Part shown: positions 8,843 to 16,374 of the stretch, piece by piece
Layout: each line of letters starts with the position of its first letter
Position numbering within the stretch: position 1 is the stretch's first letter
Origin: an uncultured Bacteroidota bacterium
Lineage (GTDB): Bacteria; Bacteroidota; Bacteroidia; Bacteroidales; UBA12481
NCBI GenBank assembly: GCA_903851365.1
Contig: CAINOB010000020.1
Location: 106,986 to 170,985 of the forward strand
DNA length: 64,000 nucleotides
Direction of reading: 5' to 3'
Notes under the pieces: generated by a model
Told to the model about the DNA's origin: nothing
Database searches by the model: none
The model's input: only the letters and a program-made list of their open reading frames with translations
Position numbers and translations under genes: made by a program

Positions 8843-10273
8843 ATGAATAATAAAAGTAACATCGGCCTTATCGGCCTCGCCGTAATGGGAGAAAATCTGG
8901 TGATGAATATGGCAAATCACGGATTTAATGTGAGTGTTTTTAATCGTTCACCCGAGAGAACAGATAAATTTCTTGCCGGTGGAGCCAAGGGAAAAACTAT
9001 TAAGGGATTCCACACCCTTGAGGAATTTGTCGCCTCATTGGAAAGCCCTAAGAAAGTCATGATGATGGTAAAAGCGGGCACCCCGGTTGACGACCTTATT
9101 GAGCAATTGATACCGCTTATGGAGAAGGGCGATGTTATTATCGATGGCGGAAACAGCCATTATCCTGATACCAACAGACGAACTGCATACGTTGAGAGCC
9201 GTGGTTTATTTTTCATCGGCACCGGCGTATCCGGCGGGGAAGAAGGTGCACTCAAGGGCCCCTCCATTATGCCTGGCGGATCAAGAGCAGCCTGGGAACT
9301 CGTTAAACCAATATTCCAGACGATAGCTGCTAAAGTGGAAGGTGGCACGCCCTGTTGCGAATGGGTGGGAGAAAACGGAGCCGGTCATTTTGTCAAGATG
9401 GTTCATAACGGAATTGAATATGGCGATATGCAGCTTATCTGTGAAGCTTATCAGATCATGAAAGATCGCCTCCACCTTTCACCGGATGAGATGTCGGCAG
9501 TATTTGCCGAGTGGAACAAAGGAGAATTGGACAGCTATCTGATTGAAATAACTGCAGATATCCTGAAATTTAAAAACGAGGAGGGAAAACACCTGGTTGA
9601 TCTTATCCTGGATGCCGCCGGGCAAAAAGGGACCGGTCAATGGACTGCCAAGGCGGCCCTTGAACTTGGCGTTCCACTGACATTGATCACCGAATCGGTA
9701 TTTTCGCGCAGCCTGTCAGCTATGAAAGAAGAACGGGTATTAGCAGCTGATACTCTAAAAGACAAAAGACTTCAAGACATTAAGACGAATAGACAGGAAG
9801 ACCTGAAGAAAGCGATTGAAGAAATCAGACAAGCGTTGTATGCCGCCAAGATCATTTCTTATACCCAGGGATATATGCTGATGCAAGCTGCTGCAAAAGA
9901 ATATGGATGGAATCTGAATTATGGCGGAATCGCTTTGATGTGGCGGGGTGGCTGTATTATCCGTTCTGCTTTCCTTGGCAAAATTAAAGAGGCTTATGAG
10001 CGTGATTCCACCTTGACCAACCTGCTGCTGGATCCATTTTTCCGAGGTCAGATTGAAAAATCACAAAGTTCCTGGCGAAAAGTTGTATCTGAAGCCATAC
10101 TAACTGGAATTCCGGTACCAGCACTCTCAGCATCAATTTCCTTTTTCGACGGATATCGCAGCGAGCGACTGCCAGCAAACTTATTACAAGCTCAACGTGA
10201 CTATTTCGGCGCCCATACTTATGAGCGGATCGACCGCCGACGGGGAGAGTTTTTTCATACTCAATGGATTTAG
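8843..10273 (+). CDS. gnd: 6-phosphogluconate dehydrogenase, decarboxylating
   Basis: IGLIGLAVMGENLVMNMANHGF NADP fold. GHFVKMVHNGIEYGDMQLICEAY signature. 476 aa, full-length. Confidence 0.95.
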   Translation: MNNKSNIGLIGLAVMGENLVMNMANHGFNVSVFNRSPERTDKFLAGGAKGKTIKGFHTLEEFVASLESPKKVMMMVKAGTPVDDLIEQLIPLMEKGDVIIDGGNSHYPDTNRRTAYVESRGLFFIGTGVSGGEEGALKGPSIMPGGSRAAWELVKPIFQTIAAKVEGGTPCCEWVGENGAGHFVKMVHNGIEYGDMQLICEAYQIMKDRLHLSPDEMSAVFAEWNKGELDSYLIEITADILKFKNEEGKHLVDLILDAAGQKGTGQWTAKAALELGVPLTLITESVFSRSLSAMKEERVLAADTLKDKRLQDIKTNRQEDLKKAIEEIRQALYAAKIISYTQGYMLMQAAAKEYGWNLNYGGIALMWRGGCIIRSAFLGKIKEAYERDSTLTNLLLDPFFRGQIEKSQSSWRKVVSEAILTGIPVPALSASISFFDGYRSERLPANLLQAQRDYFGAHTYERIDRRRGEFFHTQWI

Positions 10274-10284
10274 AAAAAAGCAAA

Positions 10285-11697
10285 ATGAAACCATTTCCAG
10301 ATTCGAAATTTCTCCTGACCAATCCTGTTGCAGAACGTCTTTATTCAGGTCAGGCTGCTAAAATGCCGGTAATCGATTACCATTCGCATTTGAGTCCCAG
10401 GATGATTGCTGAGGACCATCAATTTGAGAATCTGACCCAGGCATGGTTATACGGTGATCACTATAAATGGAGGGCCATGAGGGCTAATGGCGTGCCCGAA
10501 AGATACATTACCGGTGATGCCACTGATTACGAAAAATTCGAGAAATGGGCTGAGACAGTGCCTTACACCATGGGAAATCCACTCTTTCACTGGACCCATC
10601 TTGAACTACAACGTTACTTTGGAATCACCAGTCAACTGTCACCGGTCACCTGCCACAGTATTTACGAGAAAGCTTCGGCCATGCTAAGAACCGCCGAATT
10701 CTCTGTTCACTCCCTTCTCGAAAAAATGAATGTTGAATTGGTTTGTACAACAGATGATCCGCTGGATTCACTCGATTATCATCGTAGTATCGCCGATTCA
10801 GACTGGGGCATTAAAGTGCTGCCAACCTGGCGCCCGGATAAAGTTCTTGCATTCGATCAGACCGAAAACTGGAACCGTTATGTGGATACACTGGCCTCAA
10901 TAACCGGTATTCAAATTACCCATTTTCAAGATCTCCTGAATGCACTTCAAGTCCGTCATGATTATTTTCATAACCATGGATGCAGGCTTTCAGATCACGG
11001 GTTGGAATCCTTTCCGCCTCTTGATATCAACCCCTCAGAAACTGAAGATGCTTTTCAAACCATCCGGCTTCAAAAAGAAGGCCTTAAAGGCCCGGGTCTT
11101 AGTCAACAAATGGCAGGTGTGACACTTCTGGCCCTGGCGTGCATGGATGCTGATAAAGGCTGGGTTCAACAATTTCACCTCGGTGCACTCCGCAACAGTA
11201 ATAGCAGGAGCCTCTCTGTGCTTGGGCCAGATACCGGCTTTGATTCCATCAGCGATATTCCTGTTGCGCAACCGATGGCAAGGTTTCTCGACCATCTGGA
11301 ATCAGAAGGTAAGCTTGCAAAAACCATCCTCTACAACCTTAATCCTGCACAAAACGAGGTATTTGCCTCTATGACAGGGAACTTTCAGGATGGATCAGTT
11401 CCTGGAAAAATACAATGGGGATCAGCTTGGTGGTTCCTCGATCAAAAAGAAGGTATGGAGACGCAGCTTAAAACACTGGCCAATTTCGGTCTGCTAAGCA
11501 GATTCGTAGGAATGCTTACCGACTCCCGCAGCTTTCTTTCCTACCCCAGGCATGAGTATTTCCGGCGCGTACTTTGCAATTTCATTGGAGAATCAGTTGA
11601 ACGCGGGGAATGGCCGGACAACGAAACTTGGCTCGGTGAAATGGTTGAGAATATTTGTTATCGAAACGCCGTAAATTATTTTGAATTTGATCAATAA
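10285..11697 (+). CDS. uxaC: Glucuronate isomerase (uronate isomerase)
   Basis: MKPFPDSKFLL N-terminus. Metal site IDYHSHLSP. YGDHYKWRAMRANG. About 470 aa. The ORF track extends to 10264, but ATG 10285 matches the usual UxaC start. Confidence 0.9.
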   Translation: MKPFPDSKFLLTNPVAERLYSGQAAKMPVIDYHSHLSPRMIAEDHQFENLTQAWLYGDHYKWRAMRANGVPERYITGDATDYEKFEKWAETVPYTMGNPLFHWTHLELQRYFGITSQLSPVTCHSIYEKASAMLRTAEFSVHSLLEKMNVELVCTTDDPLDSLDYHRSIADSDWGIKVLPTWRPDKVLAFDQTENWNRYVDTLASITGIQITHFQDLLNALQVRHDYFHNHGCRLSDHGLESFPPLDINPSETEDAFQTIRLQKEGLKGPGLSQQMAGVTLLALACMDADKGWVQQFHLGALRNSNSRSLSVLGPDTGFDSISDIPVAQPMARFLDHLESEGKLAKTILYNLNPAQNEVFASMTGNFQDGSVPGKIQWGSAWWFLDQKEGMETQLKTLANFGLLSRFVGMLTDSRSFLSYPRHEYFRRVLCNFIGESVERGEWPDNETWLGEMVENICYRNAVNYFEFDQ

Positions 11698-11734
11698 CCT
11701 CCCTCAGGCAGCTAATTATTAATACAAATTTCTG

Positions 11735-12955
11735 ATGGTACTAGAAAAGTTCTCGTTCGGTATTGGCGATCGTTTTGGGAAGGAAGGCAAGGCTCAGCTC
11801 AGAGCTATCCAGGAAATTAACCGTCAGGGATTTCCTGTGGTACCAGTGTGGAATAAATCGAACCGCGAGCATGAGTTGGTTGGAACCACCCAACAGGCAG
11901 TAAGGATGGAAGCCGACGAAGCAGTAAAAGTAAATGGCTGGAATGAAAATTATTATGTAGATGCCGATCATATTACAATGGCCAATGTTGACCGGTTCAT
12001 TGATGTCAGCGATTTTTTCACATTAGATGTAGCCAGTTTCATTGGCAGGCCTGCTGATGCAAAACTAAAATCTGATTTTCTCAAGCGTACTCCCGCAACC
12101 GGAATTCCGGGTTTCAGTGAAGAAGAGGCAATATATGACATTTCACTTTTTGCAGATAATTACCTGACAGCCATCCAGGAAGTTAAAAGGTTGCATGAGT
12201 ATATTAAATCAAAAAAACCATCAGGGATTATTGAGATATCCATGGATGAGGTTTCGATGGCACAGAGTCCGCTCGACCTTTATTTCATTCTAAAAGAACT
12301 TAAACTTGCTGATATTGAACCACATACTATCGCTCCGAAATTCACGGGTTTATTTCCCAAGGGAGTTGATTATGAAGGAGATAAGGAAGTATTTGCCCAT
12401 GAATTTGAGCAGGATGTTCAGATATTAAACCTCGTAAGCGATCGATTGGAGTTCAACCATGACATTAAACTCAGCATCCACTCCGGCTCCGATAAATTCT
12501 CAATTTATCCCCTGATGCGGGACATCATTTTCAAGAACCATTCAGGCATACATATTAAAACTGCAGGAACAACCTGGCTCGAGGAAGTTATTGGCCTGGC
12601 AAGGGGTGGAGGCGATGGGTTGCGACTGGCCAAGGAAATATATTGTCAGGGAATCAAACGATTTGAGGAGCTTTCAGCCCCCTATTCTTCAGTCCTGCAC
12701 CTTGATAACAAACAGCTCCCACCACCAAAAGAGGTCCTCAGCTGGAATTCAGCCCGGTTTTCAAAAACCTTGATTCATGATCAGAGCTGTCGGGATTATA
12801 ATCTCCATTTCAGGCAACTTGTACATATTTCTTATAAAATAGCCGCTGAAATGGGAACAGAATTCATGGATGCCCTGGATCATTATCGCGAGCCCATTGA
12901 GGAACAAGTATATACCAATCTGTTTGACAGGCACTTGAGGAGGATATTCAGATAG
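11735..12955 (+). CDS. uxaE: Tagaturonate/fructuronate epimerase (UxaE family)
   Basis: SFGIGDRFGKEG, YYVDADHI and SIHSGSDKFSIYP motifs as I recall them for the UxaE family. The gene sits next to uxaC. Confidence 0.6.
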   Translation: MVLEKFSFGIGDRFGKEGKAQLRAIQEINRQGFPVVPVWNKSNREHELVGTTQQAVRMEADEAVKVNGWNENYYVDADHITMANVDRFIDVSDFFTLDVASFIGRPADAKLKSDFLKRTPATGIPGFSEEEAIYDISLFADNYLTAIQEVKRLHEYIKSKKPSGIIEISMDEVSMAQSPLDLYFILKELKLADIEPHTIAPKFTGLFPKGVDYEGDKEVFAHEFEQDVQILNLVSDRLEFNHDIKLSIHSGSDKFSIYPLMRDIIFKNHSGIHIKTAGTTWLEEVIGLARGGGDGLRLAKEIYCQGIKRFEELSAPYSSVLHLDNKQLPPPKEVLSWNSARFSKTLIHDQSCRDYNLHFRQLVHISYKIAAEMGTEFMDALDHYREPIEEQVYTNLFDRHLRRIFR

Positions 12956-12986
12956 GTATCGGGTATCGGGTATCGGGTATCGGGTT
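12956..12986. repeat. Heptanucleotide tandem repeat (GTATCGG, register TCGGGTA), about 4 units, starting immediately after the uxaE TAG stop
   Basis: Read directly: tag gtatcgg gtatcgg gtatcgg gtatcgg gtt. Confidence 0.95.
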
Positions 12987-13002
12987 CCCGCTTTCGCGGG
13001 AA
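12985..13002. terminator. Perfect 7-bp GC-rich hairpin (ttcccgc-tttc-gcgggaa) between the convergent uxaE and GH94-like genes. Possible bidirectional terminator, but without a clear U-tract.
   Basis: The inverted repeat is read directly. The loop is GAAA on the minus strand. There is no T-run on either side. Confidence 0.35.
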
Positions 13003-13023
13003 TGAGAGAGAAAGGCTTTGTGA

Positions 13024-16000
13024 TTACAATTGAATTTCAACAATATTTTCCTGTTTGTTCAGCAAGGCCAAAAATGAACCGGTCGGAATTTCTGAGCCAC
13101 CATTCCGGTAATTGTTTTTCCCAAGGGTGAAATTGATCTCTGTACCGTTGATGCTAATACATTTGGGACTATAGTTGTTTTGCCTGACCGCATATCTAAA
13201 GGTTATTGAATGACCCATGAAATCAATAGAAGCAGATAATCCATCCATCGAGTGCGGAATAACAGGATCAATAATCACTTTTTCAAACTCAATTCGCAAT
13301 CCCAGGAGCCTGGTAATCATTAGGCTGACATAAATACCTGGTCCACTTGAATATACTCTCCAACCTCCTCTGAGTGTAATATCTCCGGATTTAATAACAT
13401 CATAGAGCTCATCGGCCTCATAACGACTTTTAAATACGACATCGGAACTGCTGTAATAGCAATTTGACTGCCTTTTATCACCACAAGGAACAATTTCATT
13501 GTAATCAACAGGAATTGCCTGGCGAAGCGCCTTTACAAAAGCCTCCGCCTTACCAGTCAGAGCCAATGACTCAGCATATCGGATGTGCTCGTGAACATAC
13601 ATGAGGCCTATTTCGCGACCAAAAAATGTACTGCTTTCGGCACGCTGAAAAATGGTTTGTAAGCCACCCTGATACTTCAACGGGCGATCCATCAATCTGG
13701 CCCCATCTGGGCCCATAAGATGGTTTTCAATGAGTTCCTGATGATAGGCAGCCTGCTCATCTGTAAAGATTTCACTGATTATACCCCTCTCCATCGGCAA
13801 AAGACTGTAGTGCACACCCGTCCTGATATCCGAAGGATGAAGCATCAAACTGATGGTGTCGTCTTCTTCAACCAGACCATAACCGGCTACCACGCAGTCT
13901 CTCACAAGGTATTTATTAAAATCAGTTTTGATATTCTCACAAATATTCTTTAACCGTTCTGCTTCTATAGTATTACCAGCAAGCTGATATATTGCCTGAT
14001 ATTGCTTAAAGGCCTGATAGTTCATTTCAACGGTCCAGCTCGATATCATTCGTTGAGCCAGGTCCTTGCTGACAGGTTGAAGCGAATCGTTCCAGTCACC
14101 ACCACCAAAAGGCACGAGAGACGTTCCGGGGATAAACGAATTTATGATCATTTTGATCAGTCTCTCAACATGCTCACTTACAGATGTTTTATCGGCATTT
14201 ACAGTCACGCTTTCATGAAAATACGGAACCTCCTGGTCAAGGATTTTAAGGTCGCCGGTAACTTTGATGTAGTTGCTCAGCGCGATGATTACCCAGTAGA
14301 AAACATCTCCGTGGGAATCTTGCGCCCTTACATGCGAGTAACTGTCGAACATCCACCATTGAGGCCATCCGCCATCAACATTCTGATTAGAAAAAATAGT
14401 TTTCAAAACCATTTTTGCGGCATCATACTTTTCCAAAGTAAGCAACAGGTCAAGAGGTCCCTGCGACACATCTCGCGTACCCCAGGCTGCGCCACTGAAT
14501 TGTTCCAATCCATAAGGTGTGAGGAAATGAGTAAGTGCATTCATCCCATACCAGGGTAGTATTTCTGCAATAGCCCGAGTATCCTTTTGATCCCCTTCAA
14601 TGACGAGATTACAGCTCATTTGATGCCAGAAAGTTTGCCCGGCCTGGCAATCGATGAGCCACTGATTATCGGCGCTTTCAATTAATGAATCAGGTGCTTC
14701 CCGACAAACTTCACCAATGAAACTCAAACAAAAATCATTGGTATTACTAACATCAAGGACAAAAAGAGAACTTGGGCTCTTACGATCTAAGCCAATTAAC
14801 TCATCGCTCCCAGCCTTATAATCAGACTGATGACTGTTGATGTTAATTTTGAAACCGGCATTTGGAAATTTACTCGAAATCAAAGATCCGGCTTCGGGCA
14901 TTGCTATAAACTGATGCGGTTCAACACCTGGGATTACTTTCCAGCCGTTAAGTGTATCAAAATCATGAGTAATAAGCAATCGGACTTTTGGGCCATTAAT
15001 AACCTTAAAGTCAGTGTTTACTCTTGGCTCGGCGACAGAGGTCCAGGTGCGCACCTGAAAGCAATACCCATTTGTTTTATAGATCCAGCGACAATAATTC
15101 AGCCCCATTTCAAATGCTGATGGAACTCCAAGCAGAAAACAGAGGCCATCTAACTCTACAAAAATACGCTGACCAGATTCGCGCGAAACATTAAACTGGC
15201 TCGTACAAACCGAAAGCAGGACATTGAAATTTGTATTCCCCTGGGATAAATGCGAATTGAATACCCCAAATGCAAAAGCCGTAGTAGATACTATATTTTC
15301 ATCTGGTGTAAAACCAGTATTAGCCTGCATAATGTGTGCGTGTGGCCGATCGGCCAATGTTTCTTTTGCACGTAAAACCACATGACTCCCCTGCCCGCTG
15401 AAAAAGGACAACAGCTGCCCGTTCACCGTATCACAATGACGCTTTTCGTTACCGAAATATTGGTCGATTTCCTGACTTGTCAAATCAACGATTGGCAAAA
15501 ATTGAGAAGTATTGAATAGGTTTGAATCGGGTATCAGGTTTCGGGTATCGGGTATCGGGTATCGGGTATCGGGATTAAGATTGAATTCCAGAAAAAGCTC
15601 GGGCAGCTGTTTTAAGTCATTAGCCGATGTTGCCTTTTGATGATCAGGAAGATAAGTTGTTGCAAATGCACTGCGGCTATGACTGCCCGCACCAAGTTTG
15701 AATGGCTTTTCCTTTAAGGCAATAATCGAAGATTCCCCTGCATAATTCCCTCCCTGGTTATCAGAAAGCAAACCCTCAGGCAAACCAGTTTCGCGGTAAG
15801 ATTTGCCATAAAACTGCATTCCATCCACACTTCCGTTTGCAGCAAAATTCTTACTTGCGATCATCAGCCAGGGATACCCGACAGACTCCTTCATATTTTG
15901 ACGGCAGCAAATGACCGCCCCATAATTTGGATCTTCAAGAACCAAACGTTCAAGATACTGACTTACGTAGTATTCATTGATTAGTCCGCCTGCCATAGGT

Positions 16001-16374
16001 TTTAAACCAACGTCCAGCAAATAGATCAAGTCGATTTCAACCGGATCACTCGTTGTATTTTCAATATCGATCTGCCATTGCCAGCTCAGGCTTTTTGTGG
16101 ATAGTTGCAAATTGCAGGAATAATCAAGACCAGCCCAGGTGCCTATGGCGCAAAAACCCTCATCGGTTAATTGATGGCTGCTATTGGATTCCGGACCCAT
16201 TAAGGGTTTAAAAACAAAAGGGTCCGACCTTTTTCGAAGAAAAATATTTGCCCCGGATTTCATCAGGGGCGTGGCAGTTTTCAGACTTATCCTGATAGGG
16301 TCAGCTTCAATATGTTTCACTGATCCATTTTCCAGAAATTCAATGGAAAGGCCAAGTGAATTTGAAACCTTCAT
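13024..16374 (-). CDS. GH94-like glycoside phosphorylase (cellobiose-phosphorylase superfamily, long form; candidate 1,2-beta-oligoglucan phosphorylase), cytoplasmic
   Basis: 1116 aa with no signal peptide. (alpha/alpha)6 catalytic-region motifs GGWPQWWMFDS, PFGGGDWNDSLQP (GH94 DWND catalytic Asp context), RGGWRVYSSGPGIY. The start ATG directly abuts the stop of the GH35-like gene. Confidence 0.65.
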   Translation of the reverse strand: MKVSNSLGLSIEFLENGSVKHIEADPIRISLKTATPLMKSGANIFLRKRSDPFVFKPLMGPESNSSHQLTDEGFCAIGTWAGLDYSCNLQLSTKSLSWQWQIDIENTTSDPVEIDLIYLLDVGLKPMAGGLINEYYVSQYLERLVLEDPNYGAVICCRQNMKESVGYPWLMIASKNFAANGSVDGMQFYGKSYRETGLPEGLLSDNQGGNYAGESSIIALKEKPFKLGAGSHSRSAFATTYLPDHQKATSANDLKQLPELFLEFNLNPDTRYPIPDTRNLIPDSNLFNTSQFLPIVDLTSQEIDQYFGNEKRHCDTVNGQLLSFFSGQGSHVVLRAKETLADRPHAHIMQANTGFTPDENIVSTTAFAFGVFNSHLSQGNTNFNVLLSVCTSQFNVSRESGQRIFVELDGLCFLLGVPSAFEMGLNYCRWIYKTNGYCFQVRTWTSVAEPRVNTDFKVINGPKVRLLITHDFDTLNGWKVIPGVEPHQFIAMPEAGSLISSKFPNAGFKININSHQSDYKAGSDELIGLDRKSPSSLFVLDVSNTNDFCLSFIGEVCREAPDSLIESADNQWLIDCQAGQTFWHQMSCNLVIEGDQKDTRAIAEILPWYGMNALTHFLTPYGLEQFSGAAWGTRDVSQGPLDLLLTLEKYDAAKMVLKTIFSNQNVDGGWPQWWMFDSYSHVRAQDSHGDVFYWVIIALSNYIKVTGDLKILDQEVPYFHESVTVNADKTSVSEHVERLIKMIINSFIPGTSLVPFGGGDWNDSLQPVSKDLAQRMISSWTVEMNYQAFKQYQAIYQLAGNTIEAERLKNICENIKTDFNKYLVRDCVVAGYGLVEEDDTISLMLHPSDIRTGVHYSLLPMERGIISEIFTDEQAAYHQELIENHLMGPDGARLMDRPLKYQGGLQTIFQRAESSTFFGREIGLMYVHEHIRYAESLALTGKAEAFVKALRQAIPVDYNEIVPCGDKRQSNCYYSSSDVVFKSRYEADELYDVIKSGDITLRGGWRVYSSGPGIYVSLMITRLLGLRIEFEKVIIDPVIPHSMDGLSASIDFMGHSITFRYAVRQNNYSPKCISINGTEINFTLGKNNYRNGGSEIPTGSFLALLNKQENIVEIQL
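15527..15575. repeat. Heptanucleotide tandem repeat (TCGGGTA) of 7 units, 4 of them perfect and consecutive, inside the GH94-like CDS. It is read in frame as PDTRYPIPDTRNLIPDS.
   Basis: Read directly: tcgggta tcaggtt tcgggta tcgggta tcgggta tcgggta tcgggat. This is the same unit as at 12956-12986. Confidence 0.95.

Noticed and set aside
14002-14559. Long antisense ORFs in the six-frame track. Examples: 14002-14559 (185 aa), 17548-18099 (183 aa), 53077-53715 (212 aa), 5655-6095 (146 aa) and 52582-52953 (123 aa).
   Set aside because: Each lies entirely inside, and opposite to, a much longer ORF with clear family motifs. Their translations are low-complexity or Arg/Ser/Cys-rich with no recognisable domains. 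These are typical shadow ORFs.
12956-15575. The repeated TCGGGTA tracts considered as a CRISPR array.
   Set aside because: The units are 7 nt and directly abutting, with no spacers. The tracts are short (4-7 units), one lies inside a CDS, and no cas genes are present.
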